Origin: Thermoplasmatales archaeon
Lineage (GTDB): Archaea; Thermoplasmatota; E2; UBA202; JdFR-43
Assembly (NCBI GenBank): GCA_014361245.1
Contig: JACIWB010000008.1
Location: 1 to 24,000, forward strand
Direction of reading: 5' to 3'
Length of the DNA stretch: 24,000 nt
The position numbers and the translations under genes are program-made. A model generated the notes under the pieces. It was not told where the DNA came from. It ran no database searches and was given only the letters and a program-made list of their open reading frames with translations. Positions 8,258 through 16,711 of the stretch are shown one piece after another; position 1 is the first letter of the stretch; each line of letters begins with the position of its first letter.

Positions 8258-8656
8258 ATGTTTCCAATGCTAAAACAGCTAATAAGGCAAATGTTTGAAA
8301 AACCATTTACAAATAAATTCCCTGCAAAATATGCTCCAAAAAGCGTAAAAAATTTTTTGGAGAAAGTAAATGAAGGAAAAATAAAGATAAATCCACCTGT
8401 TGAAGTTCCAGAAGATTTTAGAGGAAAAATAGTTTATGAAAAGGAAAAATGTATTGGATGTAAAACATGCATAAAAGTATGTCCTGCAAAAGCAATTGAA
8501 TTTAAAGAAAATGAAAAGAAAATAAGAATATATGTTGGGAGATGCATATTCTGTAGCCAGTGCAATGATGTTTGTCCGGTGAACTGTTTGCATATGAGCA
8601 AGGAATTCTTACTTGCAAGCGATAACAAAGCGGGAGAGAATTTAATTGTTGAATGA
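8258..8656 (+). CDS. mbhN: Mbh subunit N (2x[4Fe-4S] ferredoxin-like, NuoI-like)
   Basis: ATG 8258 lies just after the mbhM stop. It has two CxxCxxCxxxCP motifs: CIGCKTCIKVCP and CIFCSQCNDVCP. Confidence 0.88.
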   Translation: MFPMLKQLIRQMFEKPFTNKFPAKYAPKSVKNFLEKVNEGKIKINPPVEVPEDFRGKIVYEKEKCIGCKTCIKVCPAKAIEFKENEKKIRIYVGRCIFCSQCNDVCPVNCLHMSKEFLLASDNKAGENLIVE

Positions 8657-8709
8657 ATTATCGTTTTAATCATGGGGCAAAACTTTTATAACATTTATAT
8701 TTCCTTTTC

Positions 8710-9483
8710 ATGGACTGGGGACTTAAAAACAGACTTTCTAGAATAATAAAGGGAGATAATAGAACAGTTATGCTTGCCGTTGACCACGGCTATTTTATGG
8801 GTCCAACAACTGGCTTGGAAAATCTTGGAAAAACAGTTTCTCCTTTGCTTCCATATACAGATAGTTTAATGCTAACAAGAGGTGCTTTAAGGAGATATAT
8901 ATCTCCAGAGATTGATATTCCAATTGTTCTTCGCATCTCTGGGGGAACAAGCATATTAAATAAAAATTTGCTTCATGAAGGTATAATAACATCGATGAAG
9001 GATGCAATAAGATTAAATGTTGCTGGCGTGGCTTTTTCCATTCTTGTAGGCGCAGAATTTGAGAGAGATACATTACTCAGTTTTGCAAAAGTAGTTGATG
9101 AAGCTGAAGAATATGGAATTCCTGTTGTTGCAGTTACTGCTGTGGGGAGAGAAATGGGAAAGGATGCAAAATATCTCAGCCTTGCTTCAAGAATAGCTGC
9201 TGAATTCGGTGCTCACATAGTTAAAACATATTATTGCGAGAACTTTGAAAAAGTTGTTGAAACTTGCCCCGTGCCAACAGTTATTGCTGGCGGCAAGAAA
9301 ATCCCAGAAAAGGAGGCGCTTGAAATGACATATAATGCAATTCAGGCGGGGGCGGCGGGCGTCGACATGGGAAGGAATATTTTCCAGTCATCAAATCCCG
9401 TGGGAATGATAAAGGCGGTTAGAGCCATTGTTCATGAAAATGCGAATGTAAAGGAAGCATATGAAATATTTGAAGAAGGTTAG
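8710..9483 (+). CDS. Class I aldolase of the DhnA/FbaB/MJ0400 (DeoC-like TIM barrel) family. It could be a fructose-bisphosphate aldolase or an ADH-synthase-type enzyme.
   Basis: 257 aa with family motifs ...VMLAVDHGYFMGP..., ...AHIVKTYY... (candidate Schiff-base Lys) and ...GVDMGRNIFQ.... The substrate cannot be assigned from sequence alone. Confidence 0.7.
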   Translation: MDWGLKNRLSRIIKGDNRTVMLAVDHGYFMGPTTGLENLGKTVSPLLPYTDSLMLTRGALRRYISPEIDIPIVLRISGGTSILNKNLLHEGIITSMKDAIRLNVAGVAFSILVGAEFERDTLLSFAKVVDEAEEYGIPVVAVTAVGREMGKDAKYLSLASRIAAEFGAHIVKTYYCENFEKVVETCPVPTVIAGGKKIPEKEALEMTYNAIQAGAAGVDMGRNIFQSSNPVGMIKAVRAIVHENANVKEAYEIFEEG

Positions 9484-9492
9484 GTGTTTTTG

Positions 9493-10512
9493 ATGCGCGT
9501 AGGGATGTATTATAGCAATAAGGATGTCAGAGTAGAGGAAATGCCAACTCCAGAAATAGGGGATAGAGAAATTCTTGTAAAAGTAAGAGCGAGCGGTATA
9601 TGTGGAAGCGATGTAATGGAATGGTACAGGATAAAAAAAGCCCCTCGCGTTTTAGGACATGAAATAACTGGGGATATTGTTAAAGTGGGGAAGAATGTTA
9701 AAAAATTTAAGGTAGGGGATAGAGTATTTGTTTCCCATCATGTTCCATGCAATAAATGCAAATATTGCTTGGAAGGAGAGCACACAATCTGCGATACCCT
9801 CCGCTCAACAAATTTTGATCCAGGAGGATTTGCTGAATATATAAGGGTCCCTGAGATAAATGTTGATAGAGGGGTATTTATTCTTCCGGATGAAATTTCT
9901 TATGATGAAGGAGTATTTATTGAGCCACTGGCCTGTGTTGTAAGAGGATTTAAAATAGCTGATATAAGAGCAAATAAGACAATATTAATAGTAGGAAGTG
10001 GAATAGCAGGGTTACTTCAAATAAAGCTTGCAAAGGCATGGGGTGCGAAAAAAATAATAGCTGTCGATATAAATGATTATAGGTTAAAAAAAGCTGAAGA
10101 ATTTGGAGCGGATTTGGCATTGAAGGCGGGAGAGGATATTGAGAAAAAAATAAGAGAATTTAATGACGGCTGGCTGGCGGACAAAGTTATTCTTTCTGCT
10201 GGTGCGGTAGATGCTTTTATTCAGGCATTGAAATGCGTTGAAAAAGGGGGGACGCTTTTACTTTTTGCCCCTCTTAAGCCAGATAAAGAAATACCCATCA
10301 ATATTTTTGATATATGGAATAGAGGAATAAGAATAGTTTCCTCGTACGCGGGTTCGCCCGCTGACATATATGAAGCAATAGAAATTTTAAAAAATAAAAA
10401 AATAGAAGTGGAAGATATGATAACTCACAGGCTTAGCCTAGATGAAATTCAAAAAGGTTTCAACCTTGTTGCTGAAGCAAAAGAATCAATAAAAGTGATA
10501 ATTTATCCTTAA
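9493..10512 (+). CDS. Zn-dependent medium-chain dehydrogenase/reductase (threonine/sorbitol dehydrogenase-like)
   Basis: Candidate catalytic Zn ligands are GICGSD, GHE and EPLAC. The structural Zn motif is CNKCKYCLEGEHTIC. The NAD(P) fold motif is VGSGIAGL. ATG 9493 follows AGGTG; GTG 9484, which directly abuts the aldolase stop, is an alternative start. Confidence 0.8.
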   Translation: MRVGMYYSNKDVRVEEMPTPEIGDREILVKVRASGICGSDVMEWYRIKKAPRVLGHEITGDIVKVGKNVKKFKVGDRVFVSHHVPCNKCKYCLEGEHTICDTLRSTNFDPGGFAEYIRVPEINVDRGVFILPDEISYDEGVFIEPLACVVRGFKIADIRANKTILIVGSGIAGLLQIKLAKAWGAKKIIAVDINDYRLKKAEEFGADLALKAGEDIEKKIREFNDGWLADKVILSAGAVDAFIQALKCVEKGGTLLLFAPLKPDKEIPINIFDIWNRGIRIVSSYAGSPADIYEAIEILKNKKIEVEDMITHRLSLDEIQKGFNLVAEAKESIKVIIYP

Positions 10513-10535
10513 TTTGAATTTATGCTGGATTTTCA

Positions 10536-10551
10536 TTTATTTTTAAATTTT
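10536..10551 (+). terminator. Candidate oligo-T terminator after the aldolase/dehydrogenase pair
   Basis: The T-runs TTTATTTTTAAATTTT begin about 25 nt after the stop codon, and archaeal termination typically uses oligo-T tracts. The region is AT-rich, so support is weak. Confidence 0.25.
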
Positions 10552-10752
10552 CGATGGATTAAAATGTTAATTACCTTTCCCTCTCACCCTTTTCTCTTTA
10601 CTTAATCTTTTACAATCATTTTCTGGAGGAAAGCAATTCCTTATTCCTGTACAATGAATTATAATTGAATTAGAATCTATTTAGTTTCCTTAATTATTTA
10701 TTATTGCCCCTGAGCTTTTTTCTAAAATTTTACTTTCTGAAATATTGAGGTA

Positions 10753-10827
10753 TGCTCCCGTCGGGATTTGAACCCGAGTCTTCGGCTCGAAAGGCCGAAA
10801 TGATTGTCCGGGCTACACTACGGGAGC
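10753..10827 (-). tRNA. tRNA-Glu (anticodon UUC)
   Basis: The reverse complement reads GCTCCCG TA GTGTAGCCCGGACAATCAT T TCGGC CTTTCGA GCCGA AGAC TCGGG TTCAAAT CCCGA CGGGAGC A. This gives a full cloverleaf with anticodon loop CU-UUC-GA. No CCA is encoded. Confidence 0.9.
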
Positions 10828-10830
10828 ATG

Positions 10831-10903
10831 TAGCCCCGGGCAGATTCGAACTGCCGTCGGCGGGTCCAAAGCCCGCCATGCTTGACCGCTACACCACGGG
10901 GCT
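10831..10903 (-). tRNA. tRNA-Gln (anticodon UUG)
   Basis: The reverse complement reads AGCCCCG TG GTGTAGCGGTCAAGCAT G GCGGG CTTTGGA CCCGC CGAC GGCAG TTCGAAT CTGCC CGGGGCT A. The A1:U72 pair is typical of archaeal tRNA-Gln. A 3-nt spacer separates it from tRNA-Glu. Confidence 0.9.
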
Positions 10904-10914
10904 AAATTGCATGG

Positions 10915-10937
10915 TTTATATACAATCAAATATTTAA
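10915..10937. promoter_or_regulatory. Compact divergent promoter region with two opposed TATA-like boxes
   Basis: On the plus strand, TTTATATA (10915-10922) is centred about 26 nt upstream of gatD ATG 10944. On the minus strand, TTAAATAT (complement of 10930-10937) lies about 30 nt upstream of the tRNA-Gln 5' end at 10903. Confidence 0.4.
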
Positions 10938-10943
10938 CTTTTG

Positions 10944-12188
10944 ATGGTTGAGCCAGGTGATTTGGTTGAGATAAGGAAAGGCGAAAAAATTTATAAAGGT
11001 ATTGTTATGCCTCATCACTCTTTTAGCGGGAAGAATATAATGGTTATAAAACTTGAAAATGGATATAATGTTGGAATAAATATTAAGGGATGCGAGATAA
11101 AACTGATAGAAAAAGGGAGGAAAAAAGAAATTGAAAAAAGAGAAACTCCTTATTCAGAAGGAAAACCAGAAATTGCAATAATTGGAACAGGAGGGACAAT
11201 AGCAAGTTATGTTGATTATGAAACTGGTGCGGTGCATCCCGCAACAACAGCTGAAGAAATTGCAATGAGCGCGCCAGAAATATTTGAAATATGTAATATA
11301 GAAGCAAAGATATTGTTTCAGAAATTCAGTGAAAATATAAAGCCAAAGGATTGGAGAAGAATAGCAAGGGAAGTTGCTAAATTTTTAAATTATGGAAAAA
11401 AAGGAGTCATAGTTACACATGGGACAGATACAATGTGCTATACTTCAGCCGCTCTTGCTTTCATGCTTAAAAATTTAAGCGGACCCGTTGTATTCACCGG
11501 CTCTCAGCGCTCTTCTGATAGACCGAGCAGTGATGCATTCCTTAATCTTATTTCCTCAGCAAAAGTTGCAACAACTGATTTGGGAGAAGTTGTTGTTGTT
11601 ATGCATAGAAACATATCTGGGGAAATAGCAATTCATAGAGCAACAAAAGTAAGGAAAATGCATTCCTCGCGGAGAGATGCTTTTGTTTCAATAAATTCAA
11701 AGCCAATTGGTTATGTTGAAGAAAATGTAATTTTTAACCAGCCATATAATAGAATAAAAGAAGGAAAAGTTAAAGTTAAGGATGGATTAAATGAAAATGT
11801 ATGCCTTATTTATTATTATCCTGGGATGAGGAAAGAATATTTTGAGAGAATAACAGATGGAAAAGATGGAGTTGTTATTGCTGGCACAGGACTGGGGCAT
11901 GTAAATGATGAAATAATAAAGTCAATAAAAAAAATAACTTCAAAAGGAATTCCTGTTGTTATGACAACTCAATGTTTATGGGGAAGTGTAAATTTAAATG
12001 TTTATGCTACTGGAAGGAAGTTGATTAAAGCAGGGGTTATTGATGGAAAGGATATGCTTCCAGAAGTAGCATATATAAAACTGATGTGGGTTTTAAAAAA
12101 TGAGAAAAATGTAAAGGAGGCAATGCAAAGTAATATTGCGGGAGAAATATCAGAGAAAAGAAGCGTTGATGATTTCCTGAGTAAATGA
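10944..12188 (+). CDS. gatD: Glutamyl-tRNA(Gln) amidotransferase subunit D
   Basis: Has an archaeal GatD-type N-terminal beta domain (MVEPGDLVEIRKGEKIYKGIVMP...) and an asparaginase-like core with the motifs IIGTGGTIAS and VTHGTDTM. ATG 10944 is preferred over TTG 10941. Confidence 0.88.
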   Translation: MVEPGDLVEIRKGEKIYKGIVMPHHSFSGKNIMVIKLENGYNVGINIKGCEIKLIEKGRKKEIEKRETPYSEGKPEIAIIGTGGTIASYVDYETGAVHPATTAEEIAMSAPEIFEICNIEAKILFQKFSENIKPKDWRRIAREVAKFLNYGKKGVIVTHGTDTMCYTSAALAFMLKNLSGPVVFTGSQRSSDRPSSDAFLNLISSAKVATTDLGEVVVVMHRNISGEIAIHRATKVRKMHSSRRDAFVSINSKPIGYVEENVIFNQPYNRIKEGKVKVKDGLNENVCLIYYYPGMRKEYFERITDGKDGVVIAGTGLGHVNDEIIKSIKKITSKGIPVVMTTQCLWGSVNLNVYATGRKLIKAGVIDGKDMLPEVAYIKLMWVLKNEKNVKEAMQSNIAGEISEKRSVDDFLSK

Positions 12189-12222
12189 TAAAATTTATAT
12201 TCATATTTATATTCAATTTGGG

Positions 12223-12456
12223 ATGGCGATGAATGAAGAAGAAATAAGAAGAGAAAGGATAAGAAGCCTTATAACGCCTGATGTTGTTGTTTGTAAGGAC
12301 TGCAGGGAAAGATATAAAGAAGAGGTATCTTGCTCTATATGTGGAAAAAATATGCTTGATCCAAATTATAAAGGGCTTGTTTATGAGTGTCCTGTCTGTG
12401 GAAAGCTTTATTGTCAGGATTGCTGGGTTAAAATAGAAGAAAGGAAAATCCATTAG
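12223..12456 (+). CDS. Small zinc-binding protein with four CxxC pairs; function unknown
   Basis: 77 aa with the pattern C24xxC27-x9-C37xxC40-x15-C56xxC59-x4-C64xxC67, predicting two Zn sites. The N-terminus is charged. A TATA-like box lies about 26 nt upstream. The stop codon is 8 nt before gyrB. Confidence 0.6.
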   Translation: MAMNEEEIRRERIRSLITPDVVVCKDCRERYKEEVSCSICGKNMLDPNYKGLVYECPVCGKLYCQDCWVKIEERKIH

Positions 12457-12464
12457 ATTTTAAG

Positions 12465-14342
12465 ATGGTAGCGGAAGAATATGGAATAGATAAGATTAAA
12501 GTACTTGATGGCTTAGAGGCGGTCAGGAAAAGACCAGCAATGTATATTGGCTCAACAGATGAAAGAGGGCTCCATCATTTAGTTGAGGAAGTTGTTGATA
12601 ATTCTGTTGATGAGGCAATTGCTGGATACTGCAATAAAATAGATGTTGTAATCCATAGGGATGGAAGTATAAGCGTTGAAGATAATGGAAGAGGAATTCC
12701 AGCAGAAATACATGCTGAATACGGGCTATCAGGAATAGAAGTGGTTATGACAAAGCTCCATGCGGGAGGAAAGTTTGAAAAAGGGGCGTATAAGGTGGCG
12801 GGCGGACTGCATGGGGTGGGGGTGAGTGTGGTTAATGCTCTTTCTGAATGGCTTGAAGTGGAAGTAAGAAGGAATGGGAAAATTTACAGGCAGCGCTATC
12901 ATAGGGGGAAGCCATTTAAGCCAGTTGAAATTGTTGGAGAGGCAAATGAAACTGGAACAAAAGTTTCTTTTCTGCCAGACGCAGAAATTTTTGGAAATCT
13001 TGCATTTGATTATCATACAATCCGGAGAAGATTGCAGGAAATAGCATTTTTGAATAGGGATTTAAGAATAAGAATTTTTGATGAGAGGGATGGAAGAGAA
13101 GATGTTTTTCAATATAAGGGAGGAATTTGTGAATTTATTGAACATTTGAACAAGAATAAAAATTCAATTCATCCAGTGATTTATTTTAATGGAAAAAGAG
13201 AGGATGTGGAAATTGAAATAGCATTTCAATATAATGATGGCTATACAGAAAATATATTAACATTTGTGAATAACATAAATACAAAAGAAGGAGGAACACA
13301 TTTATCTGGCTTTAGATCAGCTCTTACAAGAGTTTTGAATGAATATGGCAAAAAGAATTTTTTCAAAAACAATGAAACATTTAATGGAGAGGATGTGAGG
13401 GAGGGTTTAACTGCTATAATAGCATGCAAAATTGAAAATCCCCAGTTTGAAGGGCAGACAAAAACAAAGCTGGGAAATAGTGAGGTAAAGGGAATTGTTG
13501 AAACAATGTTTTATGAAAAATTGATGGCCTATCTTGAGGAAAATCCATCGATTGCAAGGAAAATAATAGAAAAAGTTTTACAGACAGCAAGGGCGAGGGA
13601 GGCGGCGAGAAAAGCAAAAGAACTTGCAAGGAAAAAAAATTATATTGAGTCATTAACTTTGCCAGGCAAACTGGCGGACTGTGTTGAGGATGACCCGGAT
13701 AAATGCGAGCTTTTCATAGTAGAAGGGGATTCTGCTGGTGGTTCTGCGAAGCAGGGGCGAGATAGAAAGTTTCAGGCAATTCTGCCGTTGAAGGGTAAAA
13801 TATTGAATGTTGAGAAATCAACTTTTGAAAAGTTGCTCGGAAATGAGGAAATAAAGGCAATGATCTCTGCCATCGGAACTGGCATAGGAAATGAATTTGA
13901 TATAAGGAAAATAAATTACAAAAAGATCATCATAATGACTGATGCGGATGTTGATGGTGCTCACATAAGAACGCTTCTTCTTACATTCTTCTTCAGATAT
14001 ATGCGGGAGCTAATTGAGAACGGATATATTTACATTGCACAGCCACCCCTTTACAGAATTAAGAAAGGAAGTGAGGAATACTATGCATACAGTGAAGAGG
14101 AAATGAGGAATATAGCAGGCAATGGAGCAACCATACAGCGCTATAAAGGTCTGGGAGAAATGAACCCAGAGCAGTTATGGGAAACAACAATGAATCCTTC
14201 GAAGAGAATACTGAAAAAAGTTGAAATAGAAGATGCAATAAAAGCAAATGAAATATTTACAATTCTGATGGGTAAAAATGTTGAGGAAAGAAGGGAATTC
14301 ATAAAAAAGCATGCAAAGGAAGTGATGAACCTTGATATCTGA
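12465..14342 (+). CDS. gyrB: DNA gyrase subunit B
   Basis: The N-terminus reads ...[22 protein letters not shown].... It has GHKL ATPase motifs, Toprim motifs ([19 protein letters not shown] and [14 protein letters not shown]) and the tail [19 protein letters not shown]...NLDI. Confidence 0.95.
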   Translation: MVAEEYGIDKIKVLDGLEAVRKRPAMYIGSTDERGLHHLVEEVVDNSVDEAIAGYCNKIDVVIHRDGSISVEDNGRGIPAEIHAEYGLSGIEVVMTKLHAGGKFEKGAYKVAGGLHGVGVSVVNALSEWLEVEVRRNGKIYRQRYHRGKPFKPVEIVGEANETGTKVSFLPDAEIFGNLAFDYHTIRRRLQEIAFLNRDLRIRIFDERDGREDVFQYKGGICEFIEHLNKNKNSIHPVIYFNGKREDVEIEIAFQYNDGYTENILTFVNNINTKEGGTHLSGFRSALTRVLNEYGKKNFFKNNETFNGEDVREGLTAIIACKIENPQFEGQTKTKLGNSEVKGIVETMFYEKLMAYLEENPSIARKIIEKVLQTARAREAARKAKELARKKNYIESLTLPGKLADCVEDDPDKCELFIVEGDSAGGSAKQGRDRKFQAILPLKGKILNVEKSTFEKLLGNEEIKAMISAIGTGIGNEFDIRKINYKKIIIMTDADVDGAHIRTLLLTFFFRYMRELIENGYIYIAQPPLYRIKKGSEEYYAYSEEEMRNIAGNGATIQRYKGLGEMNPEQLWETTMNPSKRILKKVEIEDAIKANEIFTILMGKNVEERREFIKKHAKEVMNLDI

Positions 14343-16710
14343 TGAAAGAGTTTTTATAAGGGCTATTGAAGAAGAGATGAAAACTTCTTACCTAGACTAC
14401 TCAATGAGTGTAATAATAGGAAGAGCCTTGCCAGATGTTAGAGATGGGTTAAAGCCAGTTCATAGGAGAATACTATACTCAATGAATGAAATGGGTTTGA
14501 GGCATAACAAGCCCTACAGAAAATCAGCGAGAATAGTTGGAGATGTTCTTGGTAAATATCATCCTCACGGTGACAAGGCAGTTTATGATGCATTGGTGAG
14601 AATGGCTCAACCTTTTTCAATGAGATACCCTCTTATAGATGGGCAGGGAAACTTTGGAAGCATTGACGGCGATGAACCGGCGGCGATGAGATATACGGAG
14701 GCAAGGCTTACGAGAATAAGTGAGGAAATGCTTAAGGACATAGATAAGGATACTGTTACATGGCGAGATAATTTTGATAGCACCTTAAAAGAGCCTGAAT
14801 TTTTGCCATCTCTATTGCCAAATCTGCTTGTAAATGGCTCAACTGGAATAGCGGTTGGGATGGCAACTGAAATTCCACCCCATAACTTAAATGAGATTGT
14901 TGACGCAATAATGGCAATAATTGATAATCCTGATATAACAATTGAAGAATTATTTAAATATGTAAGAGGGCCGGATTTTCCAACAGGGGGGATAGTTTAT
15001 GGAAGGAATGCAATATTGAATGCTTACAAAAATGGGCAAGGTATCATAAAAATAAGGGCAAAAACAAAAATTGAGGAGGACAGCATAATAATAAATGAAC
15101 TTCCATATGGGGTAAATAAATCAAAATTGATTAAAGATATTGCAAATTTGGTTAAAAAGGGAAAAATAGAAGGAATTGCTGAATTGAGAGATGAGTCAGA
15201 TAGAAGCGGATTAAGGATATTTATAAGAGTTAAAAAGGGTATTGATGCTGAGGTTGTGATGAATCAACTTTTCAAGCATACACAGCTTGAAAAGTCATAT
15301 GGAATTTTAAACATTGCAATTGTAGATGGTATTCCAAAAATATTGAATTTGAAAGAGATGATTCTTGAGTATATAAAACACAGAAAAAATATAATAACAA
15401 AGAGATGTGAATATGAGCTTAAAAAAGCGGAAGAAAGAAAGCATATTCTTGAAGGACTTGCAAAAGCACTTGAAAATATAGATACCATAGTTGATATTAT
15501 AAAAAAATCAAAAGATAGTAAGGAGGCGATGGAAAATCTGATAAAAGAGTTTAATTTTTCTCAAATACAGACAAAAGAGATTATATCTATGCCACTGTCA
15601 AAATTAACTTCTTTTGAAACAGATGAAATAAAGAAGGAAAAGATTGAGAAGGAAAATGAGGTTGAGAAGCTTAAAAAAATTCTTGGAGATGAGAATGAGA
15701 TATATAAAATAATTAAGGAAGAACTTTCTTATTTAAAAAAGATGTATGGTGATGAAAGGAGAACTGAAATAGTTGAGGAGATGGGTGAATTTGATAGAGA
15801 AGATTTTATTCCCGAAGAAAATGTTGTTATAATTTTAACTGATAGAGGGTATATCAAGAGGGTGAAACTGGATGATTATAAAAGGCAGAGGAGAGGGGGA
15901 AAGGGAATTCTGGGGATGAGGGTAAAGGAAGAAGACGCAGTTTATAAAACAGTTATCTCATCAACACATGATATATTATTTTTCTTTTCATCTGATGGAA
16001 AAATATATAAGAAGAAGGCCTATGAAATTCCTCCAGGAGATAGATATTCAAAGGGAAGGGCAATAGCAAATATACTTCAATCAAATGAAATAAGAGAAAT
16101 TTTACCTGTAAAAAGTTTTGATGATTACCTCGTCTTTGCTACAAAAAAAGGAATTGTTAAGAAAACATCTCTTAAAAAATTCATAAATATAAGGAGAAAT
16201 GGATTGATTGCAATAAAACTTAAGGATGATGAAATCATAGGTGTTAAAATTTTAAAGGAAAATGATAAAATAGTTTTATCAACAAAAAATGGATATGCAT
16301 GTGTTTTTAATGAAAAGGATATCAGGGCAATGGGAAGAAATGCAAGAGGGGTAAGAGGAATAAAATTAAGGGATGGTGACGAAGTTATATCTCTTGAAAT
16401 AGGAAAAGATGATTTACTTACAGTAACTGAAAAAGGATACGGAAAGAGAACAAGTATAAGCGAGTATAGGACGACAAAAAGAGGGGCTAAAGGAGTAATT
16501 ACAATAAAAATTATTGAGAAAAATGGTAAGGTGGTGAGTGTTTTATCTGTAAAGGATGAGGATGAAATTTTAATATCCACTTCTCAGGGAATGGTTGAGA
16601 GAATAAAGGTTTCAGATATAAGAAAGCAGGGAAGAAACACAATCGGAGTAAGATTGATGAAGCTGGATGAGGGGGATAAAATAAGGAGTGTATCCAAAAT
16701 AAACTTTTAA
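14332..16710 (+). CDS. gyrA: DNA gyrase subunit A
   Basis: Contains ...[35 protein letters not shown]..., the active-site Tyr in [10 protein letters not shown], and the GyrA box QRRGGKG in the C-terminal domain. The only in-frame start upstream of the conserved N-terminus is TTG 14332, which has GGAAGTGA 6 nt upstream and overlaps gyrB by 11 nt. Confidence 0.93.
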   Translation: MISDERVFIRAIEEEMKTSYLDYSMSVIIGRALPDVRDGLKPVHRRILYSMNEMGLRHNKPYRKSARIVGDVLGKYHPHGDKAVYDALVRMAQPFSMRYPLIDGQGNFGSIDGDEPAAMRYTEARLTRISEEMLKDIDKDTVTWRDNFDSTLKEPEFLPSLLPNLLVNGSTGIAVGMATEIPPHNLNEIVDAIMAIIDNPDITIEELFKYVRGPDFPTGGIVYGRNAILNAYKNGQGIIKIRAKTKIEEDSIIINELPYGVNKSKLIKDIANLVKKGKIEGIAELRDESDRSGLRIFIRVKKGIDAEVVMNQLFKHTQLEKSYGILNIAIVDGIPKILNLKEMILEYIKHRKNIITKRCEYELKKAEERKHILEGLAKALENIDTIVDIIKKSKDSKEAMENLIKEFNFSQIQTKEIISMPLSKLTSFETDEIKKEKIEKENEVEKLKKILGDENEIYKIIKEELSYLKKMYGDERRTEIVEEMGEFDREDFIPEENVVIILTDRGYIKRVKLDDYKRQRRGGKGILGMRVKEEDAVYKTVISSTHDILFFFSSDGKIYKKKAYEIPPGDRYSKGRAIANILQSNEIREILPVKSFDDYLVFATKKGIVKKTSLKKFINIRRNGLIAIKLKDDEIIGVKILKENDKIVLSTKNGYACVFNEKDIRAMGRNARGVRGIKLRDGDEVISLEIGKDDLLTVTEKGYGKRTSISEYRTTKRGAKGVITIKIIEKNGKVVSVLSVKDEDEILISTSQGMVERIKVSDIRKQGRNTIGVRLMKLDEGDKIRSVSKINF

Positions 16711-16711
16711 T

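Noticed and set aside
573-8656. Alternative reading of the cluster as Mbx/Mbs (sulfane reductase), Ech, or a complex I fragment
   Set aside because: The gene order is A-N with a single H-like antiporter subunit and the NuoH-like gene after the large subunit, as in Mbh. As I recall it, Mbx has the order A-B-C-D-F-G-H-H'-M-J-K-L-N. Both NiFe motifs are canonical, and the presence of a full Mrp module argues against Ech. A phylogeny would still be needed to be certain.
10513-10752. A 240-bp spacer with a polypyrimidine tract (about 10574-10608) that might be an ncRNA or a small gene
   Set aside because: It has no ORF of meaningful length, no convincing secondary structure and no repeats. It is most simply the shared 3' region of the dehydrogenase gene and the tRNA pair.
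10752-10937. 61-aa plus-strand ORF
   Set aside because: It lies entirely antisense to two well-folded tRNA genes (Glu and Gln). Its GC-rich translation is an artefact of the tRNA sequence.
12037-12453. 138-aa minus-strand ORF opposite the gatD 3' end and the Zn mini-protein
   Set aside because: The translation is low-complexity (Phe/Ile/Asn-rich) and overlaps the well-supported gatD. The plus-strand 77-aa ORF has an ordered four-CxxC pattern and a promoter-like context, so I preferred the plus strand.
16125-16580. 151-aa minus-strand ORF inside gyrA, along with other antisense ORFs inside mbh genes, gyrB, cysS and hypE (for example 919-1245, 3159-3470, 4694-5032, 8279-8593, 21893-22200, 22409-22660)
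   Set aside because: All are antisense to strongly supported genes. They have biased, motif-free translations typical of shadow ORFs in AT-rich genomes.
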